DNA of 63,732 nt, filler included, from an uncultured Clostridia bacterium (GTDB lineage: Bacteria > Aerophobota > Aerophobia > Aerophobales > B3-G15), in the NCBI GenBank assembly GCA_964482715.1. It is 3 parts of 3 records of this genome, joined end to end, with 100 filler letters (N's around TTAATTAATTAA, not from the genome) between each part and the next. Parts side by side here need not be neighbours in the genome. Positions count along the whole stretch, not along the records: positions 1 to 25,672 come from CAYZYX010000027.1; 2 more parts are not named here. One strand, given 5' to 3'. The notes under the pieces were generated by a model. It made no database searches, was not told where the DNA came from, and worked only from the letters and a program-made list of their open reading frames with translations. The position numbers and the translations under genes were made by a program. Every line of letters begins with the position of its first letter. The first letter of the stretch is position 1. This document shows positions 12,044 to 21,347 of the stretch, piece by piece.

Positions 12044-12538
12044 TCAGGGCTCTTTTATTTTAATTATTTCTTCCAATGCCCGGTCAGCCCATTCGGTGTT
12101 ATAGTATTTAGCCACAACTTTTTGAAGAAGAACTTTTCTTTTCAGAGGATCTTTTACCTGCATAGCTTTCTGGTAGGCAACTTGTGCCTTGCTTAAACCT
12201 TTAACTTCGGTTACAGTAGAGGGTTTCAACTCAGATTCTGTTATTTGTGCAGCTTTCCTGGCAGGGATGAGCTCTGGAAAAGTTTTTTCAGTCCCGGACG
12301 CCAGATTCAAAATGACATCTGCTAAAAACTTAATTTCCTCATCAGCCGAAGATTTCTTCATTTCGATGAGTTTCTCTTTGTATTTTTCCTCCAATTTCAA
12401 CTGATTTATGGGTATAAAAGGGATAGACTTTTCTTTTGTAATAGATTTAACTATTCGAGCAAAGTAAAAAAGTAAAATTATCCCGAGAGGAATCAGAATT
12501 AAAAGAGCAATTTTCCAAGCTATTTCAACAATAGCCAT
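12044..12538 (-). CDS. Hypothetical single-TM membrane protein with helical (TPR-like) C-terminus
   Basis: SD GGGAGG, N-terminal hydrophobic helix, 'LLQKVVAKYYNTEWADRALEEI'. Confidence 0.65.
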   Translation of the reverse strand: MAIVEIAWKIALLILIPLGIILLFYFARIVKSITKEKSIPFIPINQLKLEEKYKEKLIEMKKSSADEEIKFLADVILNLASGTEKTFPELIPARKAAQITESELKPSTVTEVKGLSKAQVAYQKAMQVKDPLKRKVLLQKVVAKYYNTEWADRALEEIIKIKEP

Positions 12539-12585
12539 TTAATCCTCCCTTTTTATTTTTTTATGTGACATGCTTAAATCTTAAA

Positions 12586-13503
12586 TTAACAAATTTGAAG
12601 CATTCTTTCAATAGTTTTTCTTGCTTTGATAGCAACTTCAGGAGAAACCCGGACCCTGTATTTCATTTCCTCAAGAGACAAGAGCACTTTTTCCAGGGTT
12701 ATCAATTTCATGTCAGAACAAATAGCCTGTTCTGAGGCAGGTATAAATTTCTTATCCGGGTTTTCCCTTCGTAATCGGTAGATGATTCCTATTTCTGTCC
12801 CCACAATTATCTCTTCCGCTGCTGATTCTCGGGCATAGCGACACATTCCCCCTGTAGATAGCACTTCGTCAGCAATGGCTGTGACCTCGGGTCTGCATTC
12901 GGGATGAACCACCACTTTAGCCCTCGGATACTCCTTTTTCAGTCTAACAATGTCACTTGCCAATATTCTTACGTGAGTCGGGCAGTACCCTGGCCATAGA
13001 ATCATTTTTCTTTTTGTTTTCTCCGCCACGTAACTTCCAAGATACTGGTCAGGAACAAAAATAATAGGATAACTTCCATCAATACGTTCAACAACCTTTA
13101 AAGCGTTAGCTGAAGTGCAGCATATATCGGACTCTGCTTTTATCTCGGCAGTAGAATTTATGTAACAAACCACAGGAGAGCCGACATTTTCTCTTTTCTT
13201 GGCTTGAAGGGCTTCCAAGGTTACCATGTTAGCTAAAGGACAGCCTGCGTGCTGATCAGGCAGAAGAACTATCTTATCAGGACATATGATAGAGGCGGTC
13301 TCAGCCATAAAATGAACCCCGCAAAATACAATAACTTCAGCATCTGTTCTGGCCGCTTTTTGACTTAACTCCAGTGAATCTCCCACAAAATCCGCGATAT
13401 CCTGAACTTCACCCAATTGATAATTGTGGGCAAGAATACAGGCCTTTTTTTTTCTTTTCAAATTCTCAATCTTTTCTATCAGTTCCTTATTCTTATTATT
13501 CAT
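12586..13503 (-). CDS. nadA: Quinolinate synthase
   Basis: ILAHNYQ, GDSL, FCGVHFMAETA, YINST, VHPEC, three Fe-S Cys. The start is either 13503 (ATG) or 13536 (TTG). Confidence 0.96.
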   Translation of the reverse strand: MNNKNKELIEKIENLKRKKKACILAHNYQLGEVQDIADFVGDSLELSQKAARTDAEVIVFCGVHFMAETASIICPDKIVLLPDQHAGCPLANMVTLEALQAKKRENVGSPVVCYINSTAEIKAESDICCTSANALKVVERIDGSYPIIFVPDQYLGSYVAEKTKRKMILWPGYCPTHVRILASDIVRLKKEYPRAKVVVHPECRPEVTAIADEVLSTGGMCRYARESAAEEIIVGTEIGIIYRLRRENPDKKFIPASEQAICSDMKLITLEKVLLSLEEMKYRVRVSPEVAIKARKTIERMLQIC

Positions 13504-13532
13504 CTTATATTTTCCTTTTAACTTCTGTTTCT

Positions 13533-14414
13533 TCAAATAATAAGCTCCATACTCATATCCAAACTCGCTACGGAATGGGTCAGTTTCCCAATTGAGATAA
13601 AATCCGGCCTTAACTTTACAATTTTTTCCACATTTTGTAAATCTATCTGTCCAGAAATCTCTATGGCTATTTTCCTTGGTTGGCTTCTTATGATCTGCAC
13701 AGCTTTTTCCAGCTCATTGTAGTTTAAATTATCCAGCATGATAACATCAACTCCGCTTTCAATAGCTTCTTGCAGTTCCCCCAAACTTGATATCTCTACC
13801 TCAATTTTAGACAGGGGGGATAGATTCTCCTTCATAAGTTTGACTGCTTTTTTTACTCCACCTGCTAATTTGATGTGGTTATCTTTTAAAATGATGCCTC
13901 CATCCAGAGAGAACCGGTGATTTAAACCTCCTCCCATTCTAACAGCATACTTTTCCAGTTTACGAAGATTAGGAGTAGTTTTACGGGTATCCAGAATCTT
14001 TACTCCATAAGGAGAGGCAATTTCCACAAATTTTCTGGTGAAGGTGGCAATTCCCGAAAGTCTCTGAAGAAAATTGAGAGCCACTCTTTCTCCCTCAAGT
14101 ATAGCCCGAGGACTTGCTTCTAATTCGAGAAGTATGTCCCCAAAAAGGAAAGGTTGACCATCTTTTCTGCTGCTGTTAAATTCCACTTCTGGATCAAGGA
14201 GACGAAAAACTTCCTTGACAACCTCAATACCAGCCAGGACACCTTCTGATTTAGATATTATCTTTGCCTTAGCCTTACCGGGAATACCATCAGAGGAGGT
14301 TAAAACCTGGGTAGTAATGTCTCCTTTACCTATATCTTCTTGAAGAGCGTTCAGGATAATTTCTTTAATTAAACTAACTTCCATTTTTTGTCCCGGTAAT
14401 AAATATTTACACAC
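13533..14414 (-). CDS. nadC: Nicotinate-nucleotide pyrophosphorylase (carboxylating)
   Basis: EDIGKGDITT, ERVALNFLQRLSGIAT, DTRKTTP, KDNH, IMLDN. The start may be a few codons downstream (MEVSL). Confidence 0.96.
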   Translation of the reverse strand: MCKYLLPGQKMEVSLIKEIILNALQEDIGKGDITTQVLTSSDGIPGKAKAKIISKSEGVLAGIEVVKEVFRLLDPEVEFNSSRKDGQPFLFGDILLELEASPRAILEGERVALNFLQRLSGIATFTRKFVEIASPYGVKILDTRKTTPNLRKLEKYAVRMGGGLNHRFSLDGGIILKDNHIKLAGGVKKAVKLMKENLSPLSKIEVEISSLGELQEAIESGVDVIMLDNLNYNELEKAVQIIRSQPRKIAIEISGQIDLQNVEKIVKLRPDFISIGKLTHSVASLDMSMELII

Positions 14415-14417
14415 CTA

Positions 14418-15224
14418 CTAAGTTCCAATTTTAACTGAATTTACAATTTTTTTTAGCATTGCTATTGCAGAAAGAGCAGCAAGCATACTTGTCTTGGGAT
14501 TTGCAGGAGAAGGAACATTTTCTACTTTTATTTCAATATCTCCAAAATCTCCCTGGATCATTATTCTGTGTGTATTTCGGACAAGCGATGGATCTGCGAT
14601 AATTTTAACTCTTGTCTTATCCATACCTATACCAGCAAGGGACAGGATCGCCGAGACATTTATATTCCTGGGGAACCCTTTAACAGCCTCTCTGGAACTA
14701 CCCTCAAATATAACCGCGGGATTAGTTATACTATTAAGGTCTATTCGATTTTGAATCACGTAAGGGGCACCGGCAAAGGCTTGAGGAGGCTTGGAAGTTA
14801 CAAGAGTCACAGACTGAATGTCTCCCTGACGAGCAGCATTTAAACCATCCAATCCGGCAATAGCACCCGAAGGAAAAAACACCCTGGACTGACCGAACTT
14901 TTCTACCTTCTCGAGTAATTCCAGATGTTCAAGCACCCCTCCCACACTCATTATCATTAAATCCTTTTTCTTTTTCAAAACTAATTTAAGAAGATCCCCC
15001 ACTATTTCAGGGGAAGCAGCTTCTATCACCAAATCCGATAACTCTACAACTTCTTCAACATCCAAAGCTAAAGCCGGCTTTGTATAGAGACTCTCTGCTA
15101 ACTTTCTGGCTTTACCTTTATCTTGGTCGTGAACAGCTATAAGTCTTAATCTGGGAATCTCCTTATCAATAGTGGTTGCTAACAAAGACCCGATGGTGCC
15201 ACAACCGATAAGTCCTACTTTCAT
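14418..15224 (-). CDS. nadX: L-aspartate dehydrogenase
   Basis: GCGTIG Rossmann motif, PSGAIAGLD, KPP, FPRNINV, NPKTSMLAALS. Clustered with nadC/nadA. ATG at 15224 follows AAGGAAGG. Confidence 0.92.
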   Translation of the reverse strand: MKVGLIGCGTIGSLLATTIDKEIPRLRLIAVHDQDKGKARKLAESLYTKPALALDVEEVVELSDLVIEAASPEIVGDLLKLVLKKKKDLMIMSVGGVLEHLELLEKVEKFGQSRVFFPSGAIAGLDGLNAARQGDIQSVTLVTSKPPQAFAGAPYVIQNRIDLNSITNPAVIFEGSSREAVKGFPRNINVSAILSLAGIGMDKTRVKIIADPSLVRNTHRIMIQGDFGDIEIKVENVPSPANPKTSMLAALSAIAMLKKIVNSVKIGT

Positions 15225-15248
15225 GATTTTACCTTCCTTTGTCACCCC

Positions 15249-15276
15249 ATTATAAGAAGGAAAAGCCAGCTGTCAA
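15249..15276 (-). promoter_or_regulatory. sigma70-type promoter of nadX-nadC-nadA
   Basis: TTGACA-N16-TATAAT on the minus strand. Confidence 0.75.
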
Positions 15277-15278
15277 GC

Positions 15279-15306
15279 TTGACTATAAATAGGGGTGAAA
15301 TATAGT
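15279..15306 (+). promoter_or_regulatory. sigma70-type promoter facing mgtE (back-to-back with the nad promoter)
   Basis: TTGACT-N16-TATAGT. Confidence 0.6.
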
Positions 15307-15593
15307 ATGCACATCGTTTTGATAAACGATATGCACTTTTTAGGAAGGTAAAAGACGATGTTCCTGTTGCCAGGTATATATCTTGGCCGCTGTTTTGTCT
15401 TTCCTTTTAGGAGTAACTTTCTTCTAATCAAAAGCCTCCTTTCAATTCGGATTCAAAAATACCCTCTTGACCAAAGCAAAAAAAACCATAGGATTAACAA
15501 ACACTTATGACTTAAAACTCCGGGACGTAAAAGAAGAGACAAATTACAAATTTTTTGAAAAAAATTAAAAGGCGCCGGGTAAGGAGTCGTGGT

Positions 15594-16964
15594 ATGTTTA
15601 AAGAACTACTTTTGCCGGAAGTAAAAAGATTAATCAGGGACAAAGATTGGTCAGGATTAAAGGAGTTTTTGAAAGAATCTTATCCTTCTGACATAGCTGA
15701 TCTACTGGAGGAACTGGATGAGCCCGATGCTTTAATTTTATTTCGCCTTTTATCCCGGGAAAAAGCAGCAGATGTGTTTGCCGAACTGGAGCCCGGTAAG
15801 CAGGAGTCTCTTTTAAAACAGTTCAACAATCAGGAAATAAAAGAACTTGTGGCTGAATTAGATACTGATGAAAGAACCAGGCTTTTTGAAGAACTACCAG
15901 GCAAGTTAACACAAAAGCTACTTGATACCCTGCCACCAGAAGAAAGAAGAGAGGCACTGGAAATTCTCGCCTATCCCGAGAATAGCGTGGGCAGGCTTAT
16001 TACTCCTGACTATGTTGCCGTTATGCCTTCCTGGACAGTTGAACAGGCCATCGAACATATCCGTCAGACCGGTGAAGACGCTGAGACCATAAACATGATT
16101 TATGTGGTCGATGAAGAAGGGCATCTTGTGGATGATATTCCCATAAGAAGATTTATTCTTGCTGATCCAAAGCAGAAGGTAGATTCTTTAATGGATAGGC
16201 ACTTTATTTCAATTTTAGCAAGCGAGGACCAGGAGGAAGCTGTGAGATTGGTGAAAAAATACAATCTTGTAGCTTTACCGGTAACTGATTCAAAAGGAAT
16301 TTTAATAGGCATTGTTACTGTGGATGATATACTTGATGTTTCTGAAGAGGAAAACACAGAAGATTTTCAGAGAATAGGTGGAGTAACTGCCGAGACAAAA
16401 GCTTTAGGTTTTATCACCAATATAATTGAGACACCTTTATCCAAACTTTATAAGATGAGAATAAACTGGCTTATCATTTTACTTTTCATGGATGTAGCCA
16501 CAGGTGGAATCATCAGCTTTTTTGAAAGTACCATTGCCAAATATATTGTCCTGGTCACTTTTCTTCCCGTTCTGGTTGACACTGGTGGAAATGCTGGTGC
16601 TCAATCAGCCACACTCATGGTAAGAGCTATTGCACTGGGAAATGTTAAACTCAATGACTGGATACGACTTTTGGGGAAAGAATTCTTAGTCTCTGGAGCA
16701 TTAGGATTTACCATGGGTCTCGGAATCTCTATTATGGGGATAATTAGAGGTGGCATAAAAATCGCCATGGTGGTTTCAACTGCGATGCTCATAAACGTTA
16801 TTATTGGTAGTACCCTTGGAATGTCTTTACCCTTTATTTTTACCAGACTGAAAAAGGACCCGGCAACGGCCAGTACCCCTCTTATTACTACCATCTGTGA
16901 TATTGTTGGCACAGCTACTTACTTTTTAATTGCTGTTTCCCTTTTAGAATTATTTCAGATATAA
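15594..16964 (+). CDS. mgtE: Magnesium transporter MgtE
   Basis: MgtE N-domain, CBS pair (GIVTVDD), TGGNAGAQS, DPATASTPLITTICD. ATG at 15594 follows AAGGAG. Confidence 0.96.
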   Translation: MFKELLLPEVKRLIRDKDWSGLKEFLKESYPSDIADLLEELDEPDALILFRLLSREKAADVFAELEPGKQESLLKQFNNQEIKELVAELDTDERTRLFEELPGKLTQKLLDTLPPEERREALEILAYPENSVGRLITPDYVAVMPSWTVEQAIEHIRQTGEDAETINMIYVVDEEGHLVDDIPIRRFILADPKQKVDSLMDRHFISILASEDQEEAVRLVKKYNLVALPVTDSKGILIGIVTVDDILDVSEEENTEDFQRIGGVTAETKALGFITNIIETPLSKLYKMRINWLIILLFMDVATGGIISFFESTIAKYIVLVTFLPVLVDTGGNAGAQSATLMVRAIALGNVKLNDWIRLLGKEFLVSGALGFTMGLGISIMGIIRGGIKIAMVVSTAMLINVIIGSTLGMSLPFIFTRLKKDPATASTPLITTICDIVGTATYFLIAVSLLELFQI

Positions 16965-17067
16965 AAACTTTTACTTGATTTTACTTGAAATTACTCAAAT
17001 TCAAAACACTTTTCTTATAACCCCAAAACAGTAAAATTAATAATGAAGAAAGTCCTGCAGAGAGCAA

Positions 17068-17095
17068 TTGACTGCCAATATTTTTGTGATATAAT
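17068..17095 (+). promoter_or_regulatory. sigma70-type promoter of the arsR-family gene
   Basis: TTGACT-N16-TATAAT with TG extended -10. Confidence 0.7.
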
Positions 17096-17115
17096 ACATA
17101 AAAAATATTCAATAT
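17096..17115. promoter_or_regulatory. Putative ArsR operator (7-6-7 inverted repeat) over the transcription start
   Basis: ACATAAA-AAATAT-TCAATAT; 18/20 identical to the box at 17498. Confidence 0.6.
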
Positions 17116-17135
17116 TACAGGGAAAGGAGGAACCC

Positions 17136-17474
17136 TTGGCTGGGAAAATTCTCCAAAGGGATATCCCGGATATAGAAAAGACAGAAAAGTTAGCCCGGAT
17201 ATTTGAGGTACTGGGTAGCAAGGTAAGATTAAAAATGCTCCAGATGATTGCGGAAGAGGAAAAGTGTGTCAATTTTTTAAGTGAAAGGATGAAGCTATCT
17301 CAACCCACCGTATCTTATCATTTAAAACTTCTTTTTAATATGGGACTTGTCAGTCAACACAAGAGGGCTCAATGGATTCAATATAAGCTTAACAAAGAAA
17401 GACTGAGGGAGCTGATCATGGATTTTTCCAGAATTTACGGTATCTTAACCGGGAAGGGAAAGGTTTTTTTGTAG
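17136..17474 (+). CDS. ArsR/SmtB-family transcriptional regulator
   Basis: LARIFEVLGSKVRLKML, EKCV, LSQPTVSYHLKLL, GLV wHTH. In-frame TTG at 17136 follows AAGGAGG; the ORF-track start at 17043 lies upstream of the promoter. Confidence 0.9.
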   Translation: MAGKILQRDIPDIEKTEKLARIFEVLGSKVRLKMLQMIAEEEKCVNFLSERMKLSQPTVSYHLKLLFNMGLVSQHKRAQWIQYKLNKERLRELIMDFSRIYGILTGKGKVFL

Positions 17475-17497
17475 AAATAAAATTTTTTTGTGGTTAA

Positions 17498-17533
17498 ATA
17501 TAAAAAATATTCTATATAGATGATCTTCGATTT
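17498..17533. promoter_or_regulatory. Two overlapping putative ArsR operators upstream of the radical SAM gene
   Basis: ATATAAA-AAATAT-TCTATAT (17498-17517) and ATATAGA-TGATCT-TCGATTT (17514-17533). Confidence 0.6.
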
Positions 17534-17566
17534 GAAAACATCTACACCAGTTCCGGGAGGCATAAA

Positions 17567-19117
17567 ATGCCCGATATTATTCTCACTGCAGATAAAACTG
17601 TATTGATTAATCCCAAATTAACCTGTCTCGGGGGTTTTGTTGCCTGTATTCCGAGAAACTCTCTCCCTTATATCCTTCAAAGATACTTCGAGAAGAGGAT
17701 TTTCCTCCCGGCACCAACCAATGAGAGAGGCGAAGTTGCCATAGCAAATCTTCTTTTAAGAAAAGTGGAATCCTTTCTATTAGACAGAGGATTTGATGTG
17801 CTTGTTTGTGATTCAACCAACATCCAGAATTTTAAGGCTAAAGTTTACGGCATCACCACAATTGACCCTTTGGGGATTGGTCCGGCCACCTCAACCATGG
17901 TAGGCTTATCTGGAGGGAAAAAACCCTTTAATAACTTCTATTTTGAGAACCTCGTTAAAAAAATAAGGAAGGAAAATCCAGAAGCAATAATATTGGTAGG
18001 AGGACCTGGAACCTGGCAATTTGACATCTTTCCGGAAAAACAAGAAGAGCTCGGCATAAACTGTATTGTTGAGGGTGAAGTGGAAGAAATTGGTGAGAAA
18101 CTTTTCAGAGATGCTTTAAAAGGAGACGTGCCCAGAAAAGTTGTGGCTCCCCCAGCAAAAAAAATAACCGGAATAAAAAACCCTACCTTATGGGGAATGG
18201 TTCAAATAGGAAGGGGTTGTGATAGGGGTTGCCAGTTCTGTGATCCAATGATGAAATATTACACCTGGAGGCCAATAAAAGACATTCTGGAAGATGCAAA
18301 AGTGAATGCGGCATCTAAGCATGTAAACAGCATTACTCTTCTTGCTGAAGATGAGTTAAGATACGGCAATAAACCAGGCGAATGGATACCCTGTGGAAAA
18401 ATAGTGAAGCTTGTAAGGGAGGTAAAAAAGCTTGGAAAAAGGGTGTCTCCCTCGCATGCCAATTTAAGTTCTGCAGCAGCTTCTCCTCAAGTGGTAAAGG
18501 AATATTCCAGGGAACTTGAATTAAATAAACACAACTTCAGTGCATTTCAGGTAGGGCTTGAAACGGGTTCTGTGAGATTAATGAAAATGTATATGAGGGG
18601 AAAGGTTTTACCCTGGAAGCCTGAAAAATGGCCTGATGTTGCAAAAAAAGGGTTTGAGGTACTTGTCAAAAACCACATTTTTCCTCTGGCTACTTTAATT
18701 GCAGGTCTTCCTGAAGAAAATGATAGTGATGTCCAGCAGACTATAAATCTCGTTAAGGAACTTAAAGAATACCCTTCTCTTATTATGCCTCTTTTCTTTG
18801 TCCCTTTGGGAAAATTAAAAGAAACAAAATTTTTTATAGAAGAATGCCTGACCGACGTTTACAAAGAACTTTACGCTACCTGTTTTGAACATACAGCTTA
18901 CTGGGGAAGAAAATTTACTTCCTGGGGTGGGAAATCTCTACCTCTTCTTGCACAATGGGTGGTTCATGTTGGAACAATGCTTGCTTTTGATTACTTTAAA
19001 GCCTTAAGAAAAAGGCAAAAGGTTCCCCTTTCTCTCTGGACTTTTTATCTTCTAAAAGAAAACGGGATATTTCTCACATCCAGGATTTTCCCTCCTCAAA
19101 AAATGAAGGTTGGCTGA
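17567..19117 (+). CDS. Radical SAM protein with N-terminal B12-binding-like domain
   Basis: CDRGCQFC motif, 'DPLGIGPATST', 'VGGPGTWQ', 'VGLETGS', 'TLIAGLPEE'. Confidence 0.88.
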   Translation: MPDIILTADKTVLINPKLTCLGGFVACIPRNSLPYILQRYFEKRIFLPAPTNERGEVAIANLLLRKVESFLLDRGFDVLVCDSTNIQNFKAKVYGITTIDPLGIGPATSTMVGLSGGKKPFNNFYFENLVKKIRKENPEAIILVGGPGTWQFDIFPEKQEELGINCIVEGEVEEIGEKLFRDALKGDVPRKVVAPPAKKITGIKNPTLWGMVQIGRGCDRGCQFCDPMMKYYTWRPIKDILEDAKVNAASKHVNSITLLAEDELRYGNKPGEWIPCGKIVKLVREVKKLGKRVSPSHANLSSAAASPQVVKEYSRELELNKHNFSAFQVGLETGSVRLMKMYMRGKVLPWKPEKWPDVAKKGFEVLVKNHIFPLATLIAGLPEENDSDVQQTINLVKELKEYPSLIMPLFFVPLGKLKETKFFIEECLTDVYKELYATCFEHTAYWGRKFTSWGGKSLPLLAQWVVHVGTMLAFDYFKALRKRQKVPLSLWTFYLLKENGIFLTSRIFPPQKMKVG

Positions 19118-19285
19118 AACAAGATTTTCCTTCTGAATCAATTCCGGACAAAATATTTTCGGGTTAAAGATACCAGGAACCTGTCCTGATCTCGGTTCAC
19201 TCTCAATTGACAGAAAAGAAAGCTTTTATAATAATGATGTCTTAAAATACCACTGCTATTCAGATTAGGTTAAGGAGAAAAGGTT

Positions 19286-20527
19286 ATGGCAAAGACTATA
19301 GCACAGATTAATGAAAAAATAAAAAAGGGTAAAGCCGTTGTGGTTACGGCTGAAGAAATAATAGACCTGGTGGAAGAGGAGGGAATTAAAAAAGCGACTG
19401 AAAAAGTAGACGTGGTCACCACAGCTACCTTTGGAGCTATGTGCTCTTCAGGTGCTTATTTAAACATAGGTCACACCAAACCACGCATAAAATTAGGAGG
19501 AGGCAAAGTTTACCTGAATAACGTCCCTGCCTATGCTGGATTTGCTGCTATAGACATCTTTATTGGAGCCACAGCTATCCCTGACGATGATCCCCGTAAT
19601 AAGATACATCCTGGTGAGTTCAAATACGGAGGGGGGCACGTAATAGAGGATCTTGTTGCCGGGAAAGACATAAAGCTGGTAGCTACAACTTATGGGACAG
19701 ATTGTTATCCCAGGTCTCATCTGGAGACCTGGATAAATATAAAGGATATTAATGAAGCTGTCCTTTTTAACATGAGAAATGCTTACCAGAATTATAATGT
19801 GGCAGTTAATCTCTCAAGCAGGGTCATTTACACCTACATGGGGGTCCTCAAACCTAATCTCGGTAACGCTAATTACGCCACCTGTGGTCAACTTTCCCCC
19901 CTTATGAACGACCCCTATTACGAAACTATCGGAATTGGAACTAAGATTTTCCTGGGCGGGGGTGTTGGTTATATAGTGTGGCATGGAACTCAACATAATC
20001 CGACTGTCCCTCGTACTGAAAAAGGCATTCCTAAAGTTGCAGCGGGAACCATAGCTGTAATTGGAGATTTAAAAAAAATGACTCCAGAATTTCTCAAGGG
20101 AACAAGTATGACAGGTTATGGGGCAACTCTCAGTGTGGGTATAGGTATACCCATCCCTATTCTCAATGAGAGAATTCTAAGGTATACCACAATAAGAGAC
20201 GAAGAGATCTATACTCAGATTGTGGATTACAGCAAAGCTTATCCTGAATTAAGCCCAGAGACACTGGGAGAGGTAAATTATGCTCAACTTAATTCCGGAA
20301 AAATAGTAATAAAGGGTAAAGAAGTTCCTACGGGATGTCTTTCGAGTTACTCAAAGGCTTGTAAAATTGCCAACATTCTGAAAGAATGGATACGTAAGGG
20401 AGAATTTCTACTCACCGAAGCAGTTCAACCTCTTCCTTCTATGAACTCGGGAATAGTATTCAGGCCTCTCAAGGAAAGGCCAATTAAAGAAAACAACAGA
20501 GCAAAAAACAATCACTTTCACCACTGA
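19286..20527 (+). CDS. Homocysteine biosynthesis protein (DUF39, L-aspartate semialdehyde sulfurtransferase type), without CBS domains
   Basis: KTIAQINEKIKKGKAVVVTAEE, VDVVTTATFGAMCSSGA, YGGGHVIEDL, GTDCYPR, RNAYQNY. Confidence 0.88.
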   Translation: MAKTIAQINEKIKKGKAVVVTAEEIIDLVEEEGIKKATEKVDVVTTATFGAMCSSGAYLNIGHTKPRIKLGGGKVYLNNVPAYAGFAAIDIFIGATAIPDDDPRNKIHPGEFKYGGGHVIEDLVAGKDIKLVATTYGTDCYPRSHLETWINIKDINEAVLFNMRNAYQNYNVAVNLSSRVIYTYMGVLKPNLGNANYATCGQLSPLMNDPYYETIGIGTKIFLGGGVGYIVWHGTQHNPTVPRTEKGIPKVAAGTIAVIGDLKKMTPEFLKGTSMTGYGATLSVGIGIPIPILNERILRYTTIRDEEIYTQIVDYSKAYPELSPETLGEVNYAQLNSGKIVIKGKEVPTGCLSSYSKACKIANILKEWIRKGEFLLTEAVQPLPSMNSGIVFRPLKERPIKENNRAKNNHFHH

Positions 20528-20557
20528 TTTTTCTCAAAGTTATTTATCTATTGCCTT

Positions 20558-20773
20558 TTAGTTTGCCTTTTTTAAAAAAGCGGGGTTAGCATAAAACGGT
20601 TCTTTACCGGATACTTCAATTAATGGCTCCCCTGAAGGTGATACGCTTTTAACCACTCCTACATCACCTGTATGGAAGGTTCCTACACCTGGAACATTGA
20701 GAGATCTGATAATTTCGACCTTGTCTCCCGCTTTAAACCGGGTTACCGGTCGCCTGAACGCCCAGGTAGACAA
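20558..20773 (-). CDS. Small hypothetical SH3/KOW-like beta protein
   Basis: TTG start after AAAGGGGGAG; own promoter TTGACA-N17-TATATT (20812-20840, minus); 'FKAGDKVEII...GDVGVVKSV'. Confidence 0.65.
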   Translation of the reverse strand: MSTWAFRRPVTRFKAGDKVEIIRSLNVPGVGTFHTGDVGVVKSVSPSGEPLIEVSGKEPFYANPAFLKKAN

Positions 20774-20828
20774 TTTTAATCTCCCCCTTTTATATGTGTT
20801 GTTTTCATTTTTAATATATTTCTTCTTT

Positions 20829-21347
20829 TTATACTGTCAATCTCGCATCTTGGCCAAATCTCAACACCACAGAGGTTTTTATTTGTCTTTCGGAAATATT
20901 CCAGTATTTTCTTAAAAGTGCATCCTTTTCTTCAGTTGACGCCAACCTAAATCCATTTTTTTTGTAAAACCTGATAGCCCAGATCGCGTCTTTCCAGGTT
21001 CCTACAAGAATCTCAGAAGACTTAGCTAAATTTATCAGATGTTTTAACAGTTTCCCTCCAATACCTTTTCTTTGATATCCGGTTAAAACATAAGCGTGTC
21101 TTATAAGTGTAACATCCTTAACATATTGGATCCCCATTACTCCGACTACCTTTCCTTCTTCTTCCCATCCATAAAACTCAACACCAGAGTTAATCTCCTC
21201 TCTCAACTTCTTTGCTGACATGTAAGGTTCCTTCCACATATCATCTGGGATCACATCTTTATAAACCCTGGCAGCATCATTTATAACCTTAAGTATATGG
21301 TCAATTTCCTGGGGTAAAAGTTTGCGGATCATCTCTCTACTCCTCAT
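20829..21347 (-). CDS. GNAT family N-acetyltransferase
   Basis: HAYVLTGYQRKGIGGKLL acetyl-CoA motif A, WAIRFYKKNGF. Confidence 0.9.
   Translation of the reverse strand: MRSREMIRKLLPQEIDHILKVINDAARVYKDVIPDDMWKEPYMSAKKLREEINSGVEFYGWEEEGKVVGVMGIQYVKDVTLIRHAYVLTGYQRKGIGGKLLKHLINLAKSSEILVGTWKDAIWAIRFYKKNGFRLASTEEKDALLRKYWNISERQIKTSVVLRFGQDARLTV

Noticed and set aside
15277-15435. Minus-strand ORF of about 52 codons after AAAGGAGG upstream of nadX
   Set aside because: SD-to-TTG spacing is only about 3 nt, the peptide is unrecognisable, and it overlaps the rightward promoter.
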